From Balamuthia mandrillaris (Eukaryota): a stretch of DNA of 64,000 nt. The stretch lies in NCBI GenBank assembly GCA_031835245.2, contig JAVKOQ020000012.1:62001-126000 (forward strand), written 5' to 3'. The translations under genes were made by a program, and so were the position numbers. The notes under the pieces are model-generated. The model worked only from the letters and a program-made list of their open reading frames with translations. It was not told the DNA's origin and made no database searches. Positions 38,101 to 51,270 of the stretch are shown one piece after another (position 1 is the first letter of the stretch; each line of letters begins with the position of its first letter).

Positions 38101-39906
38101 CGCGCGCACCGCCCTCAAATTAAGCGCTTTGAGCTGTTGCTCCAAACGATTGTACTTGGCGGACACAGGAGCAAGTCCCTCCGAGGCCGACGCCAAGAAT
38201 TGCTTCCATGTTCTCTTGCGGAAAAAGGGTTGGGACTCGAAAGAAGCCGGCTCCTCTGTGGTACTGTTGTTGCCGTTGTGATTATTAACATCTTTTAGAG
38301 TTGACTGCTCATCGTCATTTTCATCACATTCACTTCGGGGTCGTTTTCTGGTTTCACGTTGTGGCTGTGGTTGGGTTTGCTGTGGTGGTTGATCGTGCGA
38401 AGCTTCCCGCAGGGAAGCAAGAAGGGAGTTCAGATGAACCAAAGCGGCATCAGCCTCCTTTTCGATGAGCTCCAGCTGAACAAAGGTTAGGCGCAGCGCC
38501 TCCAAGAATCTGGTCTTGAGGTGTTCGGTGGCTCTTGTGCAAACGTCAAAGCCTTCATCCACCAACTTTTTATATTTGTACGGCAACTTGAGCAGTGAGT
38601 GCACAAGAATAACAGCCGCAAATAGGAGAAGGGTAAGGGGTACCGCAGGAGAATCGCTTAGGGTGGACAAAACTGGTTGTGTTTCTTTAAAGGCCTCCGT
38701 GTATGCTTGCTTGACCATTTCCTGTTCCTTCTTGTCGGCGAGCTGTCTCAACACCACGGAAATGGTGGATGCTTTGCTGTGAAAAGTTTTAAAGGCTTGC
38801 ACTAATCGTGCAGAGTACTGTTGTCGATCCGGTCTAATGCCTGCAGAACCTGGAGGTAAAGAAGTTGTAGTGGTTGCAGCGGAAAGGCTTTGAGAGGTGC
38901 AAAGTTGGCACAGGCATTCGCCGAGTAAAAAAGAAGAGACTTGCTTGAGCTCCTCTAGTTTCGGTGGTACCGCTTCCCTAACAAGTGCTGTCCACAACTT
39001 GGTCGTCTCCGCCAGGAGAACCTTGCCATAATGAAATCGTGGTGTTCTCTGTTGCTTTTTGGTTTGCATTGTAGTCGCGTTCCCTGATTCTTGTTGCATG
39101 CTTTCTTCCTTCTCCTCTTCTTCTATCTCTTCACTCATCCTTTCTGTCTTTCGTTCGCGGAATCTTCTGCACTTCTCCAACTTGCGGCGCAGCGTCAAGT
39201 CCGCCGACTCCAGGCCATTCTCCCACTCGCTCTTCCAGCAAGTAAATCGTTGGGCAAATGGAGTGGCGGCCAATGCTTGAGCGGCAGCCGCTTGGCAGTC
39301 TGACTGCCCGTGTTTGCCCCGGTGTTCGTGCTGTTCTTGTTGCTGCTGTTGTTGCTGCAAAGTTCTTCGCTTCCTGGCTGAGGTGAGCAAAGCCATCATC
39401 ATTTGTTTGCGTGCGTTGTGGTGAGAGGGGTTGATCCTCATCTGTCCGTTGCGGCGGGGGCTCTGTGGCGCGTCGCCGAACATAAACTCCTCCTCCTCTG
39501 CCGCCGGCGGGGAGGAGGGACAGGAAGAGGGCGCTGCCTCGGCGGAAGCTGATGGGAGATCCGAAAGGCTCTCTCCGCCGCTCCGCTGTTGTTGCTGCTG
39601 CCGCTCCATCTGCTTTGTTGTTGCAGCCACACAACAAAGAAGAGATGGAGAAGAAGCAAAATGTGAGTGCAAAGAAGCGCGCTGGTCCAAGCTAACATGA
39701 GGAGGAGCAGAGGGAGGAAGGCAAGGAAGAAACAACGAAGCACGCACGAAAGGAGACTTGTTTGTGGAGAGCTCTTCTCGTGGGTTGTGCGGTTCACCCA
39801 GGCCCTCAACGGCAGGGGCCGCTGAGGAGCGTGGTTGGTGGTGGTGGGGGTGAGGGAACTCCTCCCGAGGCAGAAACATGTCGGCTAACCAAGCATTGCT
39901 GTCCAT
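35191..39906 (-). CDS. Large protein: degenerate OTU domain, BC-box-like motif, many cysteine-containing (AMN1/FBXL-type) LRRs; multi-exon
   Basis: OTU-like N.QFRALAHQLY...LRASIADEI...GDHITLQAFANL...IIVYS; many LxxLxLxxCxxITD repeats. A further 3' exon ending at 34833 is possible. Confidence 0.82.
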
Positions 39907-40766
39907 TGCTTATTAAATATTATTTCTTTCGTGGCTTCTTCTGTGGTCTGCAATGCAACGGAATGGGCGAGAACAAGAAATAAGAAGAAAAAACAAGAAA
40001 AGAGAGAGAATAAAAATAAAACCTTCTTGGAGGGTGGCTCGTCTTTTTCTTGTCTTATTCTTCTCCTTTTATTATTATCACTTGAGGCTTCCACTCGGCC
40101 CTTTCCAGAAAAAGTTTTGGCTTCTTCTTTCAACAACGACAACAAAAAAAAACCCAAAGTTTTAAAAAAAAATAAATCCCTCCCAAGCCTTTGTCTCCCT
40201 CCGCTCTTTTTTTAATCAACCCGAAGAAGTACGAAGAGAGGGAAAGAAAGAGAAGATGAGAGAGAGAGAGAGAGAGAAAGAAAGAAAAAAGAACAAACCT
40301 TTTTTTTTCTCTGCTATTGAGATGGATTACTGGAAGCAAAAAAGTCTGCGGGGGGCGGGCGCTGCAAAGAGAGAAAGAGAGAAGCAGAGAAAGAGAGGAA
40401 GAAAAAAAAAATAGTCGCTAACTTTTCTGAACAAAGGGAGGACTTTTTCTGCTGATAATTGTTTTTTCTCTCGGAATTTTCGATTTTTTCCTTATTTCGG
40501 TGAAGCCACGAAAACGACCCCGTTACCATGGAAATATCCTTGAATAGTAAATAGATGATGTCATAGTTTCTTTTTATGGTAAATCATACGTCATCCACTA
40601 TTCGGGTTCTTTCGGTTTGCCTCATAGTCTACTATGGCAGCGTGTGCATGGGGCACAACGGGAAGGGATGGTTTATTGGTTGGGAGAGTCCCTACAGGGT
40701 TACAAAAAAAAAGAAGCTAAGGTAATACAACAAATAGGATTGAAGCAGAGTGATAAAAACAGTTCC

Positions 40767-43358
40767 TCACAGGTCGTCCAAGCCGTCGTCCTCGTCGGCA
40801 TCCACCTTGGCCACAACATCCGTGGTGATGGCCGACTTGCCCTCCCTCTTCTTCTGCATGAAGATGCGGAACATCTTGGTGAAGAACAGGAAGGACAACA
40901 CCAGGACCACTCCCAGGAGGATGGAGAAACCCACTAAGGCCAGGGCAGCATCCGGCACGGGCTCCAACAGGGCAAACGTGATGATGGCCAAGACCGTGGC
41001 GGTGGTGGCGCCATAGATGGCGAAGGAGATGAGGCGGGCCTCGTCAAAGCGCGTGGGTGTGCGCCCGACCAGCACGGCCAGCACCACACCGGCTAACATA
41101 ACGAGGGCCATGTAGAAGAACTGCACAGCGTACCAGACGGGGCGGTGCTCGGACTCGCAGATAAGCTGGTCCTTGTCGTCATCCACTGTGGAGGAGCGCT
41201 CAGGTGTCGGGGCATCCACCGCTGTCCATATCACCAAGATAACCTTTTCGTTTGTATAGTTAGTTAGTAGAGAACAACGGGAGAGAAAAGGTTGAAGGAG
41301 GAGACGAACCACTTCAATTGCGATAAGGGCCAAGTTGCAGAGCACCAATTGGACCCAGGAGTACTTGGGATACACAAGACCCTCATCCTTTTGGTTCAAC
41401 TTGGTCTTTAGGATAAAGGCCATCTTGGACACCAGGTTTCTGTTTGTTACAATGGAATAAGGATTAAACAAAAACAACAGAAGAGCAAAGAAGAAAGACA
41501 TACCCATAAATGAACACCCAAAACAGGATCATCCAAGGACGAGCAGCACATGTCCGATCGGTAGGCTCCCCAATGAATGGCAGGATGGCCAGACTGGCCA
41601 AGACCAACCCCGTCAACACCACAAAGTTGAAGACAAGGCCGGTCTGCTTCAGGATGAGTGCTTTGTCCGCATGAACCGCCGCAAAGTAGACAAAGAAGAG
41701 CAAGACGAGGAGGGCTATGAAGCTGGTAAGGAAGAGAAGGGCCAGGAAGACAATGGCCACCGGGTCGTTCCACTCCACCCAGGTGAGCTCCTTGGGGACC
41801 TGGCAGGTGTCAGCGCCGAAGCTGCTGCGCAGCTGCTCGAATGAGTTCTCTGAGGGAACAAAAGGAGGAGGGCATGTGGCCGCCAATACGCTGCGTCGTT
41901 GGAGGTACTCGGCGCGCATGTCGGCGCAGGTGTCAAAGACCACTTCCTCAGGGGCAGGAGCGGTTACATAGAGACAGTTTGCGTCGTCGGTGGCTTCGTA
42001 GTTGTGGATAACGACGAGGTACATGGTGGTTTGGACGTCGTCGCTTTGTAGCGGGACTACCGTATATTTACCTGTTATACAACCTCCTGATGCCAAGTCA
42101 CCTACATTTGTGCCATAGTAGCTATAATTAGTAGCAGCTCGATTAATCGATAAGAGAGAGAAGAGAAGAGAACGATGAAGAGAACAACGAAGAGAAGATA
42201 AGGTTGAAGAGAAGATGAAGGGGCAATAAAAACAGTACCTTCCAAGACGCCATCTTCCATGACGGTATCATTCACCAAAAAGACAGTTTGCTTGATGAGA
42301 GGATTGCTGGCGCGATAAATGCTGCTTTGTTGGTAGAAGAAGCCGGCGTCTACCAACGCTTGTGCCAATTCTCCAGCCTTAGTACCCACAAAGACATTTT
42401 CAGTTGGGTAGTCTTTGTTCGTCGTAGCTATTTTGTTTTAAAAAGGAAAGAGAAAATAAATGAATAAAACTGCACTAAAACGGGGGACAAAAGCATAATA
42501 AAGCCAAACAAAAAGAGTGGGAGGGTACATTGGTTAAAGTCGGGATGGACCAACAACAGGCCACTCTGGTCAAAGATGAAGCACTGAGCATCACGAGAGG
42601 CATCATCTTTGCCCAACCAGCAAACATTGGTCGGCTCTAACACCGTCTCCTGGAAGTCGGTGTAGGAAAAGTCTAAGCCGATGATGCCCACGTGGTTGAC
42701 CCCTTGCGATGCGGTGGTTGTGGACAGAGTCAACACTGTACCCAATCCAAATGCATCTACATAAGGACTAGAAGGAAAAAAAAGAACCAGTTAGACGCAA
42801 ATAAAACAAAAAAGAAAGAAGTAAATCATTACCTGGATAACACAACTTTGCCAGGTTGACTGGCAGCACGATCACGCCAAGGACGAGCGGTAGAATCGTA
42901 AGTGGGAGTAGAGGCGGAACCAGTTGGGAAGGAGTAGATGGAGCCAAGAGGACTGCCTGCATAGATCCAAAGCACCTTGTACTTATCGTAAATGGTAGTG
43001 TTCTTGAAAGCATCCATCCAGTCGGTTAAAATGGGCCAAGCCACCATCATATCATCTTTAACCTCTTCTTGGATGCCTGAAATAGCCAAACAATTATATT
43101 GTTAGGAAAGGGAACAGGAGGAGAAGAAAGGGCAGCAGAGAAATGAGAGAGAGACAGAGAGATTAAACGCGCACCTGGATTGGAGCTACCAGGTAATTCA
43201 TTGACATACTCCATCAACGGACCGATGAGTGATACCTCATTTTGTAGAAAGTATTGACTGTCAAGCCATCCTTGGGCTGCATACTATAATGATGATTATT
43301 GTAAGCATGGGAAGGCAAGCCATTACAAGAAAGCTTGAATACTTATCATGATATCGAG

Positions 43359-43403
<45 letters not shown>

Positions 43404-45448
43404 ATACACACCTGAAAGCATCCAGTGTCAAAGTTAACACCGCCGACCTTCTGATATTCGTCGAAATAGTCTCTCACGGGCGCTGGAATGGAGCCGCTGT
43501 AGTTATCGATCTTATAATAATAGTAGGTTATGGACTCGTCGCGATGGTAGGAGGAAGGTCGGAATATCTTTCTCTCCAGCCGTTCATCAGAGAGCGCACG
43601 CACAGCAAGGAAGGGAAAAGAGGCCAGTTTCTGCCAAAAGTAGGTCATGTTTACTGCTTCTTGAACAATACCTTCGTATGTTGTATCGCCTATTATTATA
43701 AACATCAAGTTTCACTTTCATTAGTATTTTGTGAGAGAGCAAGAGAGATGAGAGAAGGATAGGGAGCATACCAGCAGGAAGATCAACGTTCTGCAAGATA
43801 CGAACAAAACCGGATTGTTCATTGAACATTGGGTCTCGCACGTTCTCATTGAACTCCTCTGTGGGCTCATACGTGCTGATGTCATAATGCAATGGAGAGC
43901 GGGTGGTGGTCTGGAAGGACCAGGTCTTGCTGCGATCCCTCATGACAGGGTGAAGTACAGTGTCTCCATAGGAGTTCACCAGGAAACCGTAATCGAAGCG
44001 CACCTCAAAGGACTGCTCCGCAAAGATGAGGTCATCGAGGATGAAGTCAATTCCCACCACACCGATGGGTAAGGCCAAGGCACCGTCTTCACCAGCTCCA
44101 ACTGGAAACACTGCAAGACTTGCGCTGAGCATTACGCCCACTGTTGTGGTTTTGTATGTATGTATGTATGTATGTATGTACGTATGTGTTGTGTTGTGTT
44201 GTGTTGTGGTTGTGTTGTGTTGTGTTGTGTTGTGTTGTGTTGTGTTGTGTTGTGTTGTGTTGTGTTGTGTTGTGTTGTGTTAGATAAGTTTAACTTGGAG
44301 AAAGAGAGTGAGTTAGAAAAGTACTTGTAAGAGAATTTGTGCGAGTAAAGCCTAGAGACATGAGCCAAGAGGGATCACCGGCAGCGTTTTGGCCAACGGT
44401 AGCCAAGAAGGCACTGTAGTTGGTTACATTCTTGTAAAGGGTTTCTCCATCACCTGATGCAAATGAAAAGGAGGAGCCACTGGAAGAACAGGCCAAGACC
44501 GAGGCTATATTTTAAAATAACCGTTAGCAATAACAACTCTGGAACAAGCAAAAAAGAGAAGACACTATTGTACCTTGGCTATTGTCTTCGCTGCCAACAG
44601 TGTAGATGAGAGAGGTTGGCAACGTACCACTCAAACTATTGCATTTAAAGTAACAGAGATTATGATTACTCTACGATAGAAAGAGGGCCAGGAGAGAAGC
44701 GGGGTAGAGAAGAGAGAGAAACGGGTACCTGTCAGGAGAAGGAATGTTGCGGCCGGAACCGATAAAGATGAGGGCGTTCTGACAGGCCTGAATACTTCTT
44801 CCTGGTACGGTGATGCCGCTTTCAAGCATATAATCGGTGCTTTCTCGTTCAAAAATGGTGAGAGCTTCCTCAAAGGCAGCTCTTGTGCCGGCTCCGCTGC
44901 GTGCTTCAGAACGTTCCCTGTTTTTACGATGTTGCATTAGGTTTGTAATGCATTAAAAGAATATTTTAAAAAGAAACCTACAAGGCTTCAACAACAGCAA
45001 CAAGAGCCTCGATGGCTTGGGGAGTTGCTCTCACATAGCCATCGACACTGCTAACACATTCTGGTCGGTTCATTTCATTGCCAGAAACCTTTTCAAAAGA
45101 AACTATGAGCAAGAGAGAGAAGAGAGAAAGAGAAGAGAGAAGAGAGAAGAGAGAAGAGAGAGAGAACGGAGGGAGGGAGAGGCAGAGATATATAGCAAGA
45201 GAGAGAGAGAGAGAGAACAAAAGAAAAACAATACATACAATAAGAAGCATAACGTGATCAGACTCATGGAGAGAGTTCAATACAGCTATGGTGGCCAACT
45301 TGATGTACTCAAAGTCATCTCCGGTGTCTCTTGAGGTATCGATGATCAACACCAAGCCCTTATAACCTGTCAAAGCGGTAGTGTACCTTCACGACCCCAA
45401 GGGTCAGCAGAGTGAGACAAAGAGAGAAAGAGAGAGCGAGAGAGAGAC

Positions 45449-45490
<42 letters not shown>

Positions 45491-46580
45491 TAAACAAAAG
45501 AAAGAGAAGAATATGAACCAAGACTGAAAGCGGGCGTCCAAGCTGTCCGTGTTGTTGAACTGAAAGTGAGGATAATAGCGAGTAAGCCCCGTGTTGGCGC
45601 CGCCAAAGTACTGGAAGGCCACCGTGGGGTCGGCCTGCCTGTTGCTCTGGAACAGCTCCTCCAGCTCCCCGGAGAGGTTGATCTCATAGTCCAAGCGAGC
45701 GTTGCTCTGCGACCACCCAGGCACCTGTTGGTACACGTGTTAGAAAGAAGACAGAGAGAAGGAAGCCAAATGTATGGGGTCGGCTCTCTCATACCACAAC
45801 GGCAGAGGTGGTGATGTCGGCAGGGAGGTCGCCTCTGGCAGAGGTGTAGGGATAGGCTCCGTAGAGGTCGGCGGGAGCGGTGGCAGCGTCCACGTAGTCG
45901 GCGGAGCCGGAGTAGCTGGCGTTGGCGTGCGCTTCTTGGATCTTGTCCCTCAGTTTCTTTTTGTTGTGTTGGGTGTTGTCAGCTGTTTGTCGTTTAGAGA
46001 GAGAGCGAGAGAGAGAGAGAGAGAGAGAGAGAAGTACCTCCAACAAGCTAACTTTGTCGCGAAGGATTCTTTCAATGGTGGTAGCAAAAGTGGCTGCCTC
46101 CAAATCTCCAGAGCTCACTTCGTTTTGGATGAGAGCGCGATCAAACGACTTTTTTTTCCAGCGGAGAACAAAAATGAGAAAAAAAGTAAATCTTTTCTTG
46201 TTACAATGCAGAGAGTGAGAAACGAGAAGAGAAACGAACGTCGACATAACGACTGGGCTGCATAACATTGTCCCGAAGGAACGCAATGTCAGCCACCATA
46301 TTGTTACGCCATCCCTGTATGCTATGTTCAGCCGAAAAAAAAAAAGAGAAGAGCAGTCAGTAACGCTCTTTTTTTTTTCAAAACAGCAAGAAGAAGAAGA
46401 AGAAGAAAGGGGTCTTTTTTGAATAAAGTACGACAAAGAGTTTTACCGTGTAGCATTGTAATAGGTGGTTTGCGCTTGGGCCTGAGCCGCAGGACCTATA
46501 ACGGCGCAGAGGCACAGCGCAAACAGCACAGCAAGCGAGCCGCTAGTCCACGGCGCTGTAGCGAAAGAGGTGCATCTCAT
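40767..46580 (-). CDS. Class C GPCR with alpha2delta/CACHD1-like VWA + dCache ectodomain; multi-exon
   Basis: Signal peptide at ATG 46580; FQYFG...GLTRYYP, VWA (LVLIIDTS), GVVGIDF, YGFLVN..G....HP, YDSTARPW..PYVDAFGLG; then 7TM with class C hallmarks (C..RPW, NLVSK, FDEAR.I, LFFTK). Confidence 0.88.
44155..44281. repeat. (TATG)n plus (TTGTG)n intronic microsatellite
   Basis: Directly visible tandem units in an intron of the GPCR gene. Confidence 0.93.
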
Positions 46581-47170
46581 TGTCGTCGGGGTGTGGTGGT
46601 GTTCCTCTCGTTTCTTCCGTTGCCAACAAACTACAAAGCAAAAGCACAGACACTTTCCTCTTCCTTCCTTTCAACCAACCTTGGCAGGCTATACGGAGAG
46701 AAGTCAAACCTTACGCCTCTATGCGTTACCGTTACTGTAACAAATTTCTTTTTTTAAAAAAAAATAAATAAACAAGCAAATGAATGAATGGAAAGAGAAA
46801 CAGAAAAAAAAACAAACCAATAAACATATTGAACGGGTGAATGCGCACCACAACGGTTATTATGTGGGCTTTCATGAATTAATTGAACTACACGTTCCTC
46901 TTCTTCTTGTTGGATAGGAAAAACCTACCTAGGAACATTTGTTTGTTTGGCCGATGAATTATATTCATTACCACGAGCGTGATTTTGGGCGGCCATTTTT
47001 GCCCCAATCCAAATAAAAATATCGAAAGTTATTAATCGATGACACTCTTTTATGGTATGCCACGTCATGTATTATCCTTTTATAGTTAGTTTTTTAAAGT
47101 TAATTTAACTTCATATGAGTAAAGTGTATGTCATCATTTTTGCGTCGTCGCTTCTCGATTATTTTTTTTT

Positions 47171-47404
47171 TCAGGCGCGCATCAACCGGGAAAGACTTTT
47201 GAAGTATTTCTTCTTGGACTCCACGGAGTACTTGCGTTTCTTCTCGCCTCCTTTCTTTCGGTGGGCGCGGCTGCTCTTGATGCTGCTCTGCTCCAGGATG
47301 TCGTTTATCATGTCGGACACTTTTTCCTTCATCGCGTTCGCTTTGTTTCGCTCCGTAAATGTCGTAAAACGATAACTACGGCATTGAAAAGTCAACACAA
47401 GAAG

Positions 47405-47444
<40 letters not shown>

Positions 47445-48879
47445 GGCGCTAGAAATAATGACGAGAATAAAAGGAGAAAGAGAAAGAGAGAGAAGGAGGG
47501 ACATACGACAGCCAAATATACAGATCTAACACGTTGTAGAATGTTTCTAAGTCAGACAACCTTTCTTGTGGAGCTCTGCTGAGCTTCTTGGGGTTCAACC
47601 GCAGATTCATCTTAACTTCTCCTTTCAATGCATGATGCTGTGCAAACTGTTGTTATTTTACAATTTTTTTTTGGTTTTTTTGTGAGAGCAGAACGATTAA
47701 AACAATAAAAAAAGACAACGTGATAGGTGGCGGGGAAAAGATAAAACGCACCAACAAAAGGTGATACATGAGAGCTGTGTCATCGCTATTCACAGGGCAG
47801 CTGCTAAATATGTATCGTTCACGAAGAGACAGAGGTACTTCTTCCAGCAACGCTGCTGCCGCCTTTATGGATATTGTTAAATTGGTAGCATAAAGAGAGA
47901 GAGAGAGAGAGAGAAACCGAGAGGAGGGAGAAGAGAAAGAAGCAGAGCACGACAACGAATAAGAAGGAGAAAAAGAACAAGAAAGGGAGATTTATACCAC
48001 ACTATCTTCATTGCCACAAACAAAGTAATTCTTGTCCACAGTGGCATCCTCATAAAACATTTCCTATTTAAAATGGAACATAAACACCATACAGAATAAA
48101 AAAAGAACAAGAGCAAAGAAATGTACCAAGACTTCGGCAAAGGAGAGATCGGGAAATACTTGCGAATACGCTACAAGCTGCTCGTATGTTGGAGCCAAGC
48201 CTGCTCGATCCAATTGTTCCAAATTTGAAGCCAGTGCATCTTGTATCAACGGAGCATCTCCTCGATGGACACTTGAAAGTAAAACGGAATGCATCAACAT
48301 AACCAACAAATGAGAGAAAAAAGGAAGACGGGACTCACCAAGCAACAACACCAACAGGATATTTGCTTTTGAAACGACCAGCTCTTCCCCCAATTTGCTT
48401 TATCTCTGCAGGCGTAAGATCTCTGAGCGTTTCACCATCAAACTTCTCTGCTGCTGTGAATATAATCCTCCGAATGTTTCTGCACACCCAAACAGAACGA
48501 GCAGAATATAAGTTACAATGCGTATTCTAAAATGTAGAGAGGAAGAGAAGACGCACAAGTTTAGGCCCATTCCAATAGCATCGCTTGCAACTAAGATCTC
48601 ATAAGGAGAAGTAGGATCATTGAATAACTGGGCTTGCTCCACTCGAGTAGAAGGAGGAAGTCCTCCATAAACGATGCAACACCGGTATTTGGTATTGCTC
48701 TCCACGTCCTTTTTCAGGCGGTGCAGCTTCGTACGGGAAAAGGCTATCAAGCAATCGCCAGGACGAAGTTTGGAAAAGAGGCTCTTTCCTAAGTGAGAAA
48801 CTTTGGATTCCAGCGGAGACAGGCGTTCATAAGTTCGAATCTAATGTTAATAACGCGAAATATAAGATGGCTGTAACGT

Positions 48880-48927
<48 letters not shown>

Positions 48928-50869
48928 ACCTCCAATTCATCACCCGATACGGAACACATCTGCTGAATGAGAGACAAGGCGCTCTCATTGCCACAGAGGT
49001 GAATCTCGTTGGCTGGAATTCCCAAAAAGGCCCGGCTCCAAGCCCATCCTCTGCTCTTGTCTCCAATCATCTGTATCTCATCGATCACAGCACACTCCAC
49101 CTGGCGAGAGGTATCTGCCATCTCCACCGTACATGAAACGTGCTTGGCATCGTCTGTCTCCAAGATGCGTTGCCCAGTGACAAGGTTGCAAGGAACACGA
49201 GCTTGGGTATTGAGCTTGTCATAGACCTCCTCGGCAAGCAGCCTCAGAGGTCCGCAGTAAAGTCCGCTCTTGCTCTCTGCCAGCCTTTTAAGGGCGGTGT
49301 AGGTCTTGCCGCTGTTCGTGGGTCCCATGTGCAGGATCACTTTGCGTTTCTGCTTGCGCGCGGCAGGGTACCATTCGTGAGGCAGCCGCAGATCCATCAT
49401 TCGACGACGGAGGACTCTTGAGGAGAGAGTTTTTACTTCGCCATCCATGACATCGCTTTCGGTGCTGCTCAGGAGGGATACACGTCGCAACATTTGGGTG
49501 GTTTGGGAGGTTTCTTTTCCAATGAAGGGACGCGAGGCGTATTTGCTGCCCACGAACTCGATGAAAGAGGGGAGCACACTGTCAATCCACTCTGTTACAG
49601 TTAACATGAGGAATGAGAGAGATAAAAGGGAGAGAACAAAGAGAAGAGAAAGTGAGACCTTCATCGGAAAGACTTCGATCCAACAAAAGGTGCTTGAAGG
49701 GTTCGGGGCTCCATTCATCTTCGACAGGAAACAATGACGGATAAGCATTCGGGATGGTGTTCGAAGTGCTAAAGAGAACAGATCGCTTAAAGTCACGAAG
49801 GATCCTTTCTTGAGCTCCAGGCTGTCGCAGAAATCTTGACATGTCATGAGTAGTAAACGTTCGCTCCAGTTCTACTGTCACCTCCGCACTTTGGCTGAAC
49901 TGCTTAAAACGTTTCTCCAAATAAACTGTAAATGATGCAAGAGAGAGAGAGAGAGAGGTCAAGTTGTTATTACGAAAGAAGGACAAGAAATAGAAAAAGA
50001 CTGATTCAAAGTACCTTGCTCCTCTTTCGTGAAGTTGGGAATGATCCTAGTAGAGGCTCCCACAGCTCCTTCCTTGCCATACGCTGGTTTGACGCTAACG
50101 CTGATAGTAGATTTTCGCTGTGACGCTTTCATAAGTCCTCCCCAACCATCAGGCACCAGCTCCTCCTCTTCTACCTCTGCTGCTTCTATCACTTCGTCTT
50201 CTTCTTCTCCTTCTTCTTCTTCTTCTTCCTCATATTCTTCGTCCTCTTCATCTTCTTCATCCTCCAAGTCTTTTTGCATTTGCCTCAATTGGTCAGAGCT
50301 CTTCGCACCGTCCATGCACATCAAAAACTTTAACGTCTCCTTTTCCATCTTCATTTCCTCCTCTTCCTCCTCTTCTGCGTCTCCTTCTCCCTCTTCCTCT
50401 CCCTCTTCCTCTTCCTCTTCTTCCATTCCTTCCCCTTCTTTCTCTCCCAACGAGATACCAGACAACACTCTTTGCATTGCCGTTCTTCTCTCTCGGCGTT
50501 GTGGTTGCTGTTGTTCTTTTTTGACGAGCCGAACCACAAACAGATCAGCAGCGTCGCTATTGCGGTTGGTGTTGTTTCTTGCTTTCAGTTCTTCATGAAG
50601 TTTGGCAGAAGGAGGCCACTGACAGCCCAGTTCCTCGTCCACCAGAGACAAGAGCTCATCGCCGCCAAGCTGCCAGTGGGCGGCGCTGTCACGCAGCAGG
50701 TCGGAGAAGGTGTAGTGTTGGTCCCTGGGCACGCGAAACTTGAGCTCCTCCCCATTAAAGAGCACTTTAATCAGCTGTGGCGGCGCTTCTACGCGATGAA
50801 CGAGAGGTGAGAGAGAAGGAGAAAGGGATAAGGTCAGATGAGGAGAGAAAGGGAGAGAGAAGGGGAGAG

Positions 50870-50933
<64 letters not shown>

Positions 50934-51270
50934 AACCGAAAGAAGAGAGACAGCGGATGCCCTGTTGGATGACATGTCGTCTGCTGGCAAGCGGCGCTCT
51001 GACATGGGAGACGGTTGGAGCTCGCGAGAAGACAAAGGCGCTCGCGAGAACACGCGATGACGCTCCTCCCATTATGCCTTGGAGAGCAGCACAACGATAA
51101 GAGGTGGCGGTCCGTTCGCCGGCACCAAAACCCTTCCTCCAGCCCGTTCCCCGTCGGCGGAACAAAAGGGACGATAGAGGGGAAGGGGTGATGCCTATGC
51201 CGCCTACGCAGCTGCTGCTGCCACCACCGGAGCCAAGGGGCCGCCCATAGCGGAGGCCTTGCTGCCACAT
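47171..51270 (-). CDS. SUV3: Mitochondrial RNA helicase SUV3; multi-exon
   Basis: HMGPTNSGKTY, YCGPLRLLA, CTVEM, VIDEIQ, GWAWSRA, IHLCG, VYGGLPP, VASDAIGMGLNL, QIGGRAGR; Arg/Gly/Ser-rich presequence-like N-terminus. Confidence 0.93.
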
